From NCBI GenBank assembly GCA_018240745.1, contig JAFEFF010000210.1, positions 8,960-72,959 of the forward strand: a stretch of DNA of 64,000 nt. Direction: 5' to 3'. The position numbers and the translations under genes were made by a program. Under the pieces are notes generated by a model. The model was not told the DNA's origin. It did no database searches and saw nothing but the letters and a program-made list of their open reading frames with translations. Every line of letters starts with the position of its first letter. Within the stretch, counting starts at the first letter, position 1. The stretch is from Pseudomonadota bacterium. GTDB lineage: Bacteria > Pseudomonadota > Alphaproteobacteria > Reyranellales > Reyranellaceae. Positions 1-9,894 of the stretch are shown in pieces.

Positions 1-677
1 CCAGGCCCTTCCTCGACGCGCCGGTGCTGGGTTGCATCAACATCCATGGCTCGCTGCTGCCGCGCTGGCGCGGCGCGGCGCCGATCCATCGCGCGATCCT
101 GGCAGGCGACGCCGAAACCGGCGTCACCACCATGCGCATGGACGAGGGCCTCGACACCGGCCCCATGCTGCTCGCCGAGCGCACGCCGATCTCCGCGGCC
201 GATACCGCCGAGACGGTGCACGACCGCCTGGCGGCAATGGGCGCGACGCTGATCGTGTCGACGCTCGACGGGCTGATGCGCCGTTCGATCGATCCGACGC
301 CGCAGCCGGACGAAGGCGCCACCTACGCCCACAAGCTCGGCAAGGAGGAAGGCGTGCTGGACTGGCGCCGGTCCGCGGCCGAACTGGAGCGCAAGGTGCG
401 CGCGTTCCATCCCTGGCCGGGCACGTCCTTCACCTACAACGGCGAGTCGATCAAGGTGCTCGGCGCGACGCTCGCGCTGGCGGCCGGCGCGCCGGGTACC
501 GTGACGATCGGGCGTGACGGCTTTCCCGTAATCGCCTGCGGCGTCGGCGGCTTGCGGCTTCTGAAGCTGCAGCGCCCCGGCAAGTCGGCGCAGGCAGCCG
601 ATACGTTCCTGCGCGGCTTTGCCCTGCCGGCCGGCACCGTGCTGCCCTCGCCGGCCGTGCTGTCGCCGCCGGCCTGA
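1..677 (+). CDS. fmt: methionyl-tRNA formyltransferase, C-terminal part (5' end outside window)
   Basis: ORF 24..677 contains INIHGSLLPRWRGAAPIHRAILAGD...GVTTMRMDEGLDTGPML, the typical Fmt core. The frame is open to the window edge, and the TGA overlaps the truA ATG. Confidence 0.9.
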   Translation, partial: RPFLDAPVLGCINIHGSLLPRWRGAAPIHRAILAGDAETGVTTMRMDEGLDTGPMLLAERTPISAADTAETVHDRLAAMGATLIVSTLDGLMRRSIDPTPQPDEGATYAHKLGKEEGVLDWRRSAAELERKVRAFHPWPGTSFTYNGESIKVLGATLALAAGAPGTVTIGRDGFPVIACGVGGLRLLKLQRPGKSAQAADTFLRGFALPAGTVLPSPAVLSPPA

Positions 678-1465
678 TGCCGCGCTACAAGATCATCGTC
701 GAGTACGATGGCGGCCCGTTCGTCGGCTGGCAGCGCCAGGACAGCGGCCCGTCGATCCAGGCCGCGCTCGAGGACGCGGTATTCGCGCTGTGCGGCGAGC
801 GGGTGACGGTGCATGGCGCGGGCCGCACCGACGCCGGCGTCCATGCCCTGGGCCAGGTGGCGCATTTCGACATTCTCGCGGAGAAGCGCCTCGAAGAGAT
901 CCGCGGCGCGCTCACCTTCCATCTCAAGCCGCACCCGATCGTCGTGGTCTCGGCCGAGATCGCGCCCGAGGGCTTCCACGCGCGCTTCTCGGCGACCTGG
1001 CGGCGCTATCGCTACCGCATCCTCAACCGCCGCACGCCGGCGGCGCTGGAGCGCGGGCACGTCTGGCACGTGCCGGTGCCGCTCGACACGGCGGCCATGC
1101 AGGCAGCAGCCTCCGTCCTGATCGGCAAGCACGACTTCAACAGCTTCCGCTCCATAAACTGCCAGGCCAGGTCGTCGATCAAGACGCTCGATGTGCTCGC
1201 CGTCAGCCGCAACGGCGAGGAGATCGCGATCGAGGTCGGCGCACGCTCGTTCCTGCACAACCAAGTGCGCATCCTGGTGGGCACATTGCAACTGGTCGGC
1301 CGCGGCCAGTGGCGCAAATCGGACGTCGAGGCGGCGCTGGCCGCCAGGGACCGCACGCGGGCCGGGCCGACCGCGCCGCCGCACGGCCTTTGCCTCATGG
1401 AGGTGCGTTACGACGGCTCAGATCGGCGGGAAGCTGACGCCGAGGAAGCGGTTGACGATCAGTGA
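677..1465 (+). CDS. truA: tRNA pseudouridine(38-40) synthase
   Basis: 262 aa starting MPRYKIIVEYDGGPFVGWQRQ with ...GAGRTDAGVHALGQVAHFD. This is the TruA signature, including the catalytic RTDxGVHA motif. Confidence 0.92.
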   Translation: MPRYKIIVEYDGGPFVGWQRQDSGPSIQAALEDAVFALCGERVTVHGAGRTDAGVHALGQVAHFDILAEKRLEEIRGALTFHLKPHPIVVVSAEIAPEGFHARFSATWRRYRYRILNRRTPAALERGHVWHVPVPLDTAAMQAAASVLIGKHDFNSFRSINCQARSSIKTLDVLAVSRNGEEIAIEVGARSFLHNQVRILVGTLQLVGRGQWRKSDVEAALAARDRTRAGPTAPPHGLCLMEVRYDGSDRREADAEEAVDDQ

Positions 1466-1999
1466 CAGGAAATAGGACGGCACCCAGTTCACGATCATCA
1501 GCACGGTCGCAAGCAGCCAGGTGACGCCGAGCGCCAGCCGCGTCGCCATCATGAACCAGTAGAAGAACAGGATCTGCAGACCGATCTGCAGCAGCGCCGC
1601 CACGGCCGGCGGCGCGATCTCCGACACCGATTCGCCGACCAGCAGCAGGACCACCGCCGGCAGGTTGATCCAGTTGAGGGCCGCGATGTAGCGCGGGTAG
1701 CGCTCGAGCCAGCCGCGCCGCCGCGCGATCTCGTAGAAGATCACCGGGAACAGCAGCCAGTCGACGACATAGCGCAGGCTCTCGGCCAGGATGATCAGCC
1801 CGTCGTCGGCCTCGACGGTGAGGTCGGCATAGTGGACGACGAGATAGAAGGCATAGATCGGCGCCACCAGGAGCATGACCTGGAAGGAATGGAGGCAGCC
1901 TTCGAACGTGTTGTCGAAGTGGAACGGCGCCGACACATCGCGCCACAGGAACTTGACCGCGCCCTGGCTGCCGCGCGCGATTTCGGCCTGGCTCAGCAT
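1418..1999 (-). CDS. hypothetical multi-pass membrane protein
   Basis: 193-aa ORF with several long hydrophobic segments and normal codon usage. It lies 3 nt upstream of dapE on the same strand. I do not recognise a family. Confidence 0.6.
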   Translation of the reverse strand: MLSQAEIARGSQGAVKFLWRDVSAPFHFDNTFEGCLHSFQVMLLVAPIYAFYLVVHYADLTVEADDGLIILAESLRYVVDWLLFPVIFYEIARRRGWLERYPRYIAALNWINLPAVVLLLVGESVSEIAPPAVAALLQIGLQILFFYWFMMATRLALGVTWLLATVLMIVNWVPSYFLSLIVNRFLGVSFPPI

Positions 2000-2002
2000 G
2001 GA

Positions 2003-3190
2003 TCAGGCGAAGTAGCGGTCGAGCACCGTCTCGTAGACGCGTGACAACGCCCTGAGATCGGCGACGGCGCTCTTCTCGTCGACCTTGTGCATGCTCTCCC
2101 CGACCAGCCCGAACTCCAGTACCGGGCAGTACCTGGAAATGAAGCGGGCGTCCGAGGTGCCGCCGGTGGTCGAGAGCTCGCACTCCACGCCCGTCACCTC
2201 GCGAACCGCGCCGGCCACGATCTCGACCAGCGCACCGGGCGGCGTGTAGAAGGACTCACCCGACACCTCGACCTTGGCGTACTCGACGACGCCATGACCG
2301 CCGACCGAGCCATTGGCCCGCTCGATCCGCTCCTTGAGGTGCGCCAGCAGGGCCTGCGACGTCCACAGGTCGTTGAAGCGGGTGTTGAACCGCGCATGCG
2401 CCACGCCGGGGGCGATGTTGGTCGCCTTGTTGCCGACGTCTATGGTCGTGAACTGCAGCGAGGTCGGCTGGAAATGCGTGCTGCCCTTGTCGATCGGCTC
2501 GCGCACCAGCGCCTCGACGATCGCCGACAGCCGGTGGATCGCGTTGTCGAGCCGCTCGGGATAGGCGACGTGGCCCTGCACGCCCCGGATCACCAGGTCG
2601 ACGGTCATGCTGCCGCGCCGGCCGATCTTCATCATGTCGCCGAAGCGCTTGCTGCTGGTCGGCTCACCGACCACGCAGGCGTCGATCTTCTCGCCGCGCT
2701 CGGCGAGCTTCGTCAGCATCTTGACCGTGCCGTTGACCGCAGGCCCTTCCTCGTCGCCGGTGATCAAGAGGCTGATCGAGCCGCCGAAGTCGCGGCCGCG
2801 CCTGGCGATGAACCGCGCCGCGGCCTCGGTGAAGGCGGCAATCGCGCCCTTCATGTCGGCGGCGCCGCGGCCGAACAGGTAGCCGGCCGACAGCTCGGCC
2901 GCAAACGGGCCGATGGTCCAGGACGAGAGATCGCCGACCGGCACGACGTCGGAATGACCGGCGAAGCAGAAGTGCTTTCCACCGGTTCCGATGCGGGCAT
3001 AGAGATTGGCGACGTCGTCGGTCCCGGCTTGTGTGAAGTCCATCCGCTCGCAGCGGAAGCCCAGCGCGCCGAGCGTGCGCTCGAGCAGCTGCAGGGCGCC
3101 TGCCTCGACCGGCGTCACGCTCTCGCAGCGCACCAGCGCGCGCGTCAGTTCGACGACGTCGGCGACGGAAGGAGCGAGCGTGTCGGGCAT
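2003..3190 (-). CDS. dapE: succinyl-diaminopimelate desuccinylase
   Basis: 395 aa with an M20 peptidase pattern (FAGHSDVVPVGD, GRGAADMKG, ITGDEEG) and an N-terminus typical of DapE. Confidence 0.9.
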   Translation of the reverse strand: MPDTLAPSVADVVELTRALVRCESVTPVEAGALQLLERTLGALGFRCERMDFTQAGTDDVANLYARIGTGGKHFCFAGHSDVVPVGDLSSWTIGPFAAELSAGYLFGRGAADMKGAIAAFTEAAARFIARRGRDFGGSISLLITGDEEGPAVNGTVKMLTKLAERGEKIDACVVGEPTSSKRFGDMMKIGRRGSMTVDLVIRGVQGHVAYPERLDNAIHRLSAIVEALVREPIDKGSTHFQPTSLQFTTIDVGNKATNIAPGVAHARFNTRFNDLWTSQALLAHLKERIERANGSVGGHGVVEYAKVEVSGESFYTPPGALVEIVAGAVREVTGVECELSTTGGTSDARFISRYCPVLEFGLVGESMHKVDEKSAVADLRALSRVYETVLDRYFA

Positions 3191-3312
3191 GGCCGGACAC
3201 TACCTCCCAGCGCCCCCAAAGAGAAGGGCGCCGGTCCGCGTTCAGGCCGACGCCCAAGTGAAATGAGAGGAAGAAACAGTCTTGTTGCTTGTGGAACCGT
3301 TTGTTGGCCGAC

Positions 3313-6300
3313 CTAGGCCGCGATGCGGTCGGCCTCCTGCAAATTGACCGAAACGAGCTGGCTCACGCCCTGCTCGGCCATGGTGACGCCGTAGAGGCGG
3401 TCCATGCGCGCCATGGTGACGCGATGGTGGGTGATGATCAGGAAGCGCGTATCGGTGCGGCCGGCGATCTCGTTCACCAGGCCGCAGAAGCGCTCGACGT
3501 TGAGGTCGTCCAGCGGCGCGTCCACCTCGTCCAGCACGCAGATCGGCGCCGGGTTGGTCATGAACACCGCGAACAGCAGCGACAGGGCGGTCAGCGCCTG
3601 CTCGCCGCCCGACAGGAGCGACATCACCTGCAGCTTCTTGCCCGGCGGGCTGGCGTGGATTTCCAGGCCTGCCTCGAGCGGATCCTCCGACTCGGTCAGC
3701 CTGAGCTCCGCCTTGCCGCCGCCGAACAGCTTGGTGAAGAGCTGCTGGAAGTGGCCGCTCACCTGCTCGAAGGCGGCGAGGAAGCGCTCGCGGCCTTCGC
3801 GGTTGAGGCTTGCGATGCCCTGGCGCAGACGGCCGATGGCGGCGATCAGGTCGTCGCGCTCGGTCGTCATGCCGGTGATCTGCTGCTCGAGCTCGTTGGC
3901 CTCTTCCTCGGCGCGCAGGTTCACCGCACCCATGGTCTCGCGCTCGTGCACCAGCCGCTCGAGCTTGTGCTCGGCCTTGTCGAACTCCGGCAGCTCCTCC
4001 AGCGACTGCACCTCGGCCAGCGCCAGCACGCCGTCGGGCTCGCAACGCAGCCGCTCGGCGATGCGCTCGACCACCGCCTCGCGATCCTTGGTCGCCTGCT
4101 CGACCAGGCCCTCGCGGCGCACGCGGCTCTCGCGGGCGCCGGCCAGCTCGGCCTCGGCGCTGCGCATCGCCTTGTCGGCCTCGGCGAGCCGCGTTTCGCC
4201 GATCGCGAGCGCGTCGGCCGCCTCCTGCCGCTTCGTCTCGGCCTTGGCGATCTCCTCGCCGAGGGCCAACTGCTTGGCCTCGATCTCGGCCGGCTTGGCC
4301 GCGAGCTCGGCGATGGTGGCGACGATCTGCTCGCGCCGCGCCTCGAGCTCGCCGATCTGCCGATCGGCATCGCCGAGACGGCTGCTCCAGCTCGCATGGT
4401 CCTGGGCGATGCGGCCCAGCCGCTCGACCCGCATCTCCGACTCGCGGGCGAGACGGGTGCAGGCGGCCTCGGCCTCGACCAGCGCCGCGCGCAGCTCGGC
4501 GATGCGCGCGCGCAGCGTGTTCGCGGCCTCGCGATCGGCCTGGGTGTCGGAGATCGACGACAGCCGGGCCTGACGGAAGGTGCGGCGCATCTCGGCGTCG
4601 GCGACGTCACCGACGATCTCGGCCGTCGCCGCCTCGGCGGCGGTGAGGCGCGTGCGCAGCTGATCGGTGCGGCGGGCGACCTCGGCGTGCCGGTCGCGCG
4701 CCGCCATGGCCGCGCGCTCGGCCTGCGCGATCGCCTGCTGCGAGGCGCGCTCGGCGTTGCGAGTCGCCTCGCCTGCTTCCTGGGTCTTGCGGCGCGATGC
4801 CTCGGCGACCTGCTTCTCGTGACGGCGCGCCTGCTCGACGCACAGCCTCTCGGCCTCGCGCGCCGCGTCCAGCCAACGCTTCTTGTCGTCGACATTGCGC
4901 TGAATGTCGGCCTGTTCGGCGACGACGGCGTCGATCTGCTCCCGGATGTCGGCCAGGCGATTGCGCTGGCTCAGGCGCACCGCGGCCGTCGACGGCGCGC
5001 CGGCGCGCATGACGTAGCCGTCCCAGCGCCACACCGCGCCCTCGGTGGTCACGAGCTGCTGGCCGGCCTCGAGCCGCGCCTGCAGCGCGTTGCCGGTCGC
5101 ATCGTCCGGCACGATGCCGATGAACGCCATGCGGCGCTCCAGCTCGGGCAGCGCCTTCACGTGGGCGGCCAGGGGCGCGGCGCCTTCCGGCAGCGCCGGC
5201 GCTTCGGCCATCGCGCCGAGCGGCAGCCAGTGGGTCGGCGCGCCACGATCGGACGACGCTTCGAGGTCCTCGCCGAACGCGGCACCCAGCGCCTTCTCGT
5301 AGCCCGGCTGGACGTCGACCGCGTCGAGCAGCGGCGGCCACAGCGAGCCCGCGGCCGACTTCAGCGCCGCGGCGACGCCCGCCTCCTCGGCGCGCAGCTT
5401 GGTCAGCCGCGCATTGGCCTTCTGCAGGAGCTCGTTGGCGGCGGCGAAGCTCGCCTCGGCCGCGCTGCGCTCGGCGGCACGGGCCTGCTCCATCTCGATG
5501 CGGTCGGCTTCGGCGCGTGCCACCGCCTGGCGCGCGGCCTCGGATTCGTAGCGCTCCGCCTCGCGCGCCTGCTCGATCGCCTCGCTGCCCGCGCGCTTGG
5601 CGTCGTCCCAGGCGAGCCGTGCCGCTTCGAGCGCGCCTTCGACCTCGGCCATCGCCGGCAGGCCGGCCAGCTCCCTCTCGATCGAGCGCTGCTGGCCGGC
5701 GACTTCCTCGCGGCGCATCTCCAGCCGGCGCAGCCGCTCCTGCAGCTCGGCGATCTCGCGGCTGACGCTGTCGCGCAGCGCCTGGTCATCGGCGATCTGC
5801 CTGGTCAGGCGATCGTGCTCGGCCTCGGCGGCGACGGTCGTGGCCTGCGCCTCGTCGCGCGCCCGGGCGGCCGACGCGGCACGCTCGTCCTCGCCCACCC
5901 GCTCCTGTTCGAGCCGGCCGCGCTGCGTATCGAGATCGGCGATCGCGGTTTCGGCGTCGCCCTTGCGGCCGCGCTCGCGCCCGAGGTCGCCCTCGGTCTG
6001 CTGCAGCCGCGTCTCGGCCTCCTGCTGGGCCGCGGCGACGCGCTCGGCCTCCGCCGCCAGCGCATCGTGCGCCACACGCAGGCGCTGCAGGGCGGCCGCC
6101 GCCGACGCTTCTTCATTGCGCAGCGGCGGCAGCGACGTCGCGGCTTCCGCCTGCGCCGTCGTGGCGAGGCCGACCAGCCGGGTGAGATCGGCGACCTGCG
6201 CCTCGGCTTCCTTCAGGCGCTCGCCGGCTTCGGCAAGCTCGCTCTCGGTCCTGGCGAGCCGCAGCGCCAGCACGGCGGCTTCGGCGCGGCGGATATGGTC

Positions 6301-6969
6301 GGACAGGTTGCGATAGCGGCTGGCCTGGCGCGCCTGGCGCTTCAGGCCCTTGTGCTGCTCCTCCAGCGCCACCAGCACGTCCTGCACGCGCGCGAGGTTC
6401 TGCTCGGCGGCGCGCAGGCGCAGCTCGGCCTCGTGGCGCCGGGCATAGAGGCCGGTGATGCCGGCCGCCTCGTCGATGATGGTGCGGCGGTCGGCCGGCT
6501 TGGCGTTGATCAGGGCGCCGATGCGGCCCTGGCTGACCAGCGCGGTCGAACGTGATCCCGTCGCCGCATCGGCAAAGAGCGTCTGCACGTCACGCGCACG
6601 GATCTCGCGGCCGTTCACCGAATAGGCCGAACCGTGGCCGCGCTCGATGCGCCGCACGACGTCGAGCTGGTCGGCGTCGTTGACCATCGCCGGCGCCGTG
6701 CGGGTCTTGTTGTCGAGCGACAAGGTGACTTCGGCGATGTTGCGCGCAGGGCGGGTGCCGGCGCCGGCGAAGATCACGTCCTCCATCTCCGAACCGCGCA
6801 TCTGCTTGGCCGAGGTCTCGCCCATCACCCACTTCAGCGCCTCGACGAGGTTCGACTTGCCGCAGCCGTTGGGCCCCACGATCCCGGTCATGCCGGACTC
6901 GATCACGAGCTCCGTCGGGTCGACGAAGGACTTGAAGCCGGAGAGCCGGAGCTTGTCGAACTGGACCAT
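3313..6969 (-). CDS. smc: chromosome segregation protein SMC
   Basis: 1218 aa. N-terminal Walker A (GPNGCGKSNLVEALKWVMGE), long coiled-coil middle, C-terminal signature LSGGEQALTALSLLFAVF and Walker B (CVLDEVDAPLD). Confidence 0.95.
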   Translation of the reverse strand: MVQFDKLRLSGFKSFVDPTELVIESGMTGIVGPNGCGKSNLVEALKWVMGETSAKQMRGSEMEDVIFAGAGTRPARNIAEVTLSLDNKTRTAPAMVNDADQLDVVRRIERGHGSAYSVNGREIRARDVQTLFADAATGSRSTALVSQGRIGALINAKPADRRTIIDEAAGITGLYARRHEAELRLRAAEQNLARVQDVLVALEEQHKGLKRQARQASRYRNLSDHIRRAEAAVLALRLARTESELAEAGERLKEAEAQVADLTRLVGLATTAQAEAATSLPPLRNEEASAAAALQRLRVAHDALAAEAERVAAAQQEAETRLQQTEGDLGRERGRKGDAETAIADLDTQRGRLEQERVGEDERAASAARARDEAQATTVAAEAEHDRLTRQIADDQALRDSVSREIAELQERLRRLEMRREEVAGQQRSIERELAGLPAMAEVEGALEAARLAWDDAKRAGSEAIEQAREAERYESEAARQAVARAEADRIEMEQARAAERSAAEASFAAANELLQKANARLTKLRAEEAGVAAALKSAAGSLWPPLLDAVDVQPGYEKALGAAFGEDLEASSDRGAPTHWLPLGAMAEAPALPEGAAPLAAHVKALPELERRMAFIGIVPDDATGNALQARLEAGQQLVTTEGAVWRWDGYVMRAGAPSTAAVRLSQRNRLADIREQIDAVVAEQADIQRNVDDKKRWLDAAREAERLCVEQARRHEKQVAEASRRKTQEAGEATRNAERASQQAIAQAERAAMAARDRHAEVARRTDQLRTRLTAAEAATAEIVGDVADAEMRRTFRQARLSSISDTQADREAANTLRARIAELRAALVEAEAACTRLARESEMRVERLGRIAQDHASWSSRLGDADRQIGELEARREQIVATIAELAAKPAEIEAKQLALGEEIAKAETKRQEAADALAIGETRLAEADKAMRSAEAELAGARESRVRREGLVEQATKDREAVVERIAERLRCEPDGVLALAEVQSLEELPEFDKAEHKLERLVHERETMGAVNLRAEEEANELEQQITGMTTERDDLIAAIGRLRQGIASLNREGRERFLAAFEQVSGHFQQLFTKLFGGGKAELRLTESEDPLEAGLEIHASPPGKKLQVMSLLSGGEQALTALSLLFAVFMTNPAPICVLDEVDAPLDDLNVERFCGLVNEIAGRTDTRFLIITHHRVTMARMDRLYGVTMAEQGVSQLVSVNLQEADRIAA

Positions 6970-6991
6970 CTACACCACGCCCTGGTTGGAC

Positions 6992-7651
6992 CTACTTCAG
7001 AAGCTTCGAAAAGGTCGCGTCCATCTCCTCGACGGAGCGCGCGCCCTTGAACTCCTGGCCGTTGATGAACAGCGTCGGAGTCGAATTCACACCCAGCGTC
7101 TCGCCGCCGCGATAGTCGGCGACGACGGCGTTGGCGACCGCATCGTTGGCCAGGCAGGCCTTGACCTCGGCCTCGCCCATGCCGGCGATGCGCAAGGACT
7201 TGCCGAGCTCGGCCATCGGGTCCGAGGCGGTCGCCCACTTGGCCTGGGTCTCGAAGATCATGTCGATGACGCCGTAGTACTTGTCCTTGCCGGCGCACTC
7301 GGCGAGCTGGGCGGCCTTGAGCGCGGTCTGGTCGAGCGGGAAGTCGCGGTAGACCAGCTTCACCTTGCCGGTGTCGATCCACTTCTTCTTCAGCTCGGGC
7401 AGGACGGCGACAGCGAAATGCGCACAATGCGGGCAGGTCAGCGAGGCGTACTCGATCAGGGTGATCGGCGCGTTGGGATCGCCCAGCACGTGATCGCTGG
7501 GCTGGACCTGGAGCAGAGTCGTCTTGTCGGCGGCCTGGGCGACCGCCTGCGGCGCCGGCGTCGGGGAGGACGGGCGGGTGCCGAACCAGACGCCGGCCGC
7601 AATCGCGGCCACGGCCACCACGCCGCCGGCGACGATCAAGATATTACGCAT
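6992..7651 (-). CDS. DsbA-family thiol:disulfide oxidoreductase (periplasmic)
   Basis: 219 aa with an N-terminal membrane anchor/signal and a thioredoxin-fold CPHC active site (SLTCPHCAHF). It is a paralog of the C-terminal half of the next ORF. Confidence 0.85.
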   Translation of the reverse strand: MRNILIVAGGVVAVAAIAAGVWFGTRPSSPTPAPQAVAQAADKTTLLQVQPSDHVLGDPNAPITLIEYASLTCPHCAHFAVAVLPELKKKWIDTGKVKLVYRDFPLDQTALKAAQLAECAGKDKYYGVIDMIFETQAKWATASDPMAELGKSLRIAGMGEAEVKACLANDAVANAVVADYRGGETLGVNSTPTLFINGQEFKGARSVEEMDATFSKLLK

Positions 7652-7709
7652 CTAACGCCTTCCTCTCCACTACATCTTGGGAATTCTGCCTGTGGGGAGT
7701 CAAAGCGAT

Positions 7710-8789
7710 TCAGCGTCCGACCTGGCGCAAAATCGCATCGATCCCCAGGACCCCGCCTTCGGGATTGCCGTACTTCTGCTCGTTGATGAACAGGGTCGGC
7801 GTGAACTTGACCCCGAGGGCCTGGCCGGACTGCACGTCGCCCACGACCTTGTCGAAAAGGCGGCCGTCGCTCACGCAGTCCCGGGCGGGCAGGCCAGCCC
7901 GCTCCATGACCTTGACCAGCTCCTCCTCGGGCTGCTCGGCCGTCAGCCATTCGACCTGGGACTTGAAGAGCAGGTCGATCGTCTCGAAGAACTTCGCCCC
8001 GCCGCACTCGGCCATCAGGCTGGCCCGGGTCGCGATCGAGTCCGACGGGAAGTGGCGATAGACGAAGCGGGCGCGGCCGGTGTCGATCCACTCGCGCTTC
8101 ACCTGCGGCAGCACGGCGGCGTGGAAGTTGGCGCAGTGCGGGCAGGTCAGCGAGAAATAGTCGATGATGATGTTGGGCGCGTCGGCCTTGCCCAGCACGT
8201 GATCGCTCGGCAGCACGCCCAGCAGCTTGTCGATGTCCTCCTGCGCGCGCGGCGGCTCGGGAAGCAGCAGCGCGCCGAACAGGCCGAGCACCACGGCCCG
8301 CCGGCCGGCGGCGATGCGGGCGCCGAGCCGCACCAGCGCGGCGCGCAACTCGGGATCCTTCACCTCGGCGGCGCGGCTCTCGATCCGTTGCATCGTCGGC
8401 GCGTCGGGCTCGGGCAGCACGCGCGGCGGCGGCTTGTGGGCGAGCGGCGCCTGGACGAGGCGGATGTCGTCGATCAGGCGATGGCCGAAATAGGCGTTCA
8501 GCCGCTCGACGATCTGCGCACCGCGATGCTGGACCTCGAGCGCGGCCGCACCCTCGACCTTGAGCCGCAGCACCTTGCCCGGCCCGCGGCCGGTCAGCAG
8601 CGCATCGGGCTGGGTCACGCGGGCCAGGTCGGCGCCGACGATCGCCGACCATTCGACACGCAGGCGTGCGATGGAGGTGCCGCGCGCGCCCCTGCGTCCA
8701 GCGCTGCGCTTCTCGGTGAGGCCCGAGGTCAGCCGCTGGGCAAGACCGCCGACCGCGCGAAAACCTTTTTCCCGCATGGACCCTTTCAA
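7710..8789 (-). CDS. DUF721 (DciA-like) N-terminal domain fused in frame to a signal/TM segment and a DsbA-like domain
   Basis: 359-aa uninterrupted ORF. Residues 1-160 resemble DUF721 proteins (RLRVEWSAIVG...LRLKVEGAAALEVQH...IVERLNAYFG). A hydrophobic segment AVVLGLFGALLL follows, then a DsbA fold with CPHC (SLTCPHCANF). An in-frame GTG at 8333 could start a separate DsbA. Confidence 0.7.
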   Translation of the reverse strand: MKGSMREKGFRAVGGLAQRLTSGLTEKRSAGRRGARGTSIARLRVEWSAIVGADLARVTQPDALLTGRGPGKVLRLKVEGAAALEVQHRGAQIVERLNAYFGHRLIDDIRLVQAPLAHKPPPRVLPEPDAPTMQRIESRAAEVKDPELRAALVRLGARIAAGRRAVVLGLFGALLLPEPPRAQEDIDKLLGVLPSDHVLGKADAPNIIIDYFSLTCPHCANFHAAVLPQVKREWIDTGRARFVYRHFPSDSIATRASLMAECGGAKFFETIDLLFKSQVEWLTAEQPEEELVKVMERAGLPARDCVSDGRLFDKVVGDVQSGQALGVKFTPTLFINEQKYGNPEGGVLGIDAILRQVGR

Positions 8790-8823
8790 CCGCCGTTCCT
8801 TATGCTAGGGCGACGCTGCTTAC

Positions 8824-9894
8824 ATGGCCATTACTCACGCCGCCAACATCCACGCCAGGAGTCTCCTTGCCTGGTACGACCGACACCGCCGCACCCTGCC
8901 GTGGCGCGCGCCGGCCGGTGAGCGCCCGCCGCCTTATCTCGTCTGGCTGTCCGAGATCATGCTGCAGCAGACCACGGTAGCCACGGTCGGCGACTACTTT
9001 CACCGCTTTGTGAAGCGCTGGCCGACCGTCGAGGCGCTGGCTGCGGCGCCGATCGACGAGGTTCTCTCCGCCTGGGCCGGTCTGGGCTACTACGCCCGCG
9101 CGCGCAACCTGCACGCCTGTGCGAAAACGGTCGTCGAGCAGCATGGGGGCAAATTTCCCGACGACGAGGCGGCCTTGCTCGCTCTGCCCGGCATCGGCCG
9201 CTACACGGCCGCAGCGATCCGCGCCATCGCGTTCGACCAGCCGGCCTCGGCGGTCGACGGCAATGTCGAGCGGGTGATCGCGCGGCTCTACGCCATCGAG
9301 ACGCCGCTGCCCGACGCCAAGATCGAGATCGCGGCGCGCGCCGCCGAGCTGGTGCCCAGCCGACGCGCCGGCGACTACGCCCAGGCGATGATGGATCTCG
9401 GCGCCACGGTGTGCGTGCCCAAGAACCCGCGCTGCGTGATCTGCCCGCTGATGCAGGGCTGCAAGGGCCGCGCCCAGGGTCTGGCCGAGGGACTGCCGCG
9501 GCGCGCGCCCAAGGCCGACAAGCCGACCCGCCGCGGCCTCGCCTTCGTGCTGATGCGCAAGGACGGCGCGGTGCTGCTGCGCAAGCGGCCGCCGAAGGGC
9601 CTGCTGGGCGGCATGGACGAGGTGCCGTCGAGCGCCTGGCGCGAAGGCACGCTGTCGCTCGCCGAGGCGCTCAAGGAGGCGCCGGTGCCGGCCAACTGGA
9701 AGGTGCTGGAAGGCGGCGTGCGCCACACCTTCACCCACTTCCATCTCGAGCTGTCGGTCGCCCGGGCCATCGCCACGACCGCGGGCCTCGCCAAGCTCGC
9801 CCCGGGCGCCGCCTGGGTGACGGTCGACAAGATGACCGAGCGGGCGCTGCCCACCGTGATGCGCAAGATCATTGCGCATGCGGTGCAGGCCTAG
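8824..9894 (+). CDS. mutY: A/G-specific adenine DNA glycosylase
   Basis: 356 aa with WYDRHRRTLPWR...YLVWLSEIMLQQTTVATV, a HhH-GPD fold, an Fe-S cluster Cys motif (CVPKNPRCVICPLMQGC) and a C-terminal NUDIX-like domain. Confidence 0.92.
   Translation: MAITHAANIHARSLLAWYDRHRRTLPWRAPAGERPPPYLVWLSEIMLQQTTVATVGDYFHRFVKRWPTVEALAAAPIDEVLSAWAGLGYYARARNLHACAKTVVEQHGGKFPDDEAALLALPGIGRYTAAAIRAIAFDQPASAVDGNVERVIARLYAIETPLPDAKIEIAARAAELVPSRRAGDYAQAMMDLGATVCVPKNPRCVICPLMQGCKGRAQGLAEGLPRRAPKADKPTRRGLAFVLMRKDGAVLLRKRPPKGLLGGMDEVPSSAWREGTLSLAEALKEAPVPANWKVLEGGVRHTFTHFHLELSVARAIATTAGLAKLAPGAAWVTVDKMTERALPTVMRKIIAHAVQA

Noticed and set aside
3289-6555. 1088-aa plus-strand ORF antisense to smc
   Set aside because: Its Arg/Leu/Ala/Gly-dominated composition has no recognisable motifs. 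It lies entirely opposite a clearly genuine SMC gene. This is a typical stop-codon-poor antisense frame in high-GC DNA.
3191-7000. parS-like site near smc
   Set aside because: I scanned by eye for a TGTTTCACGTGAAACA-like palindrome around smc and found none.
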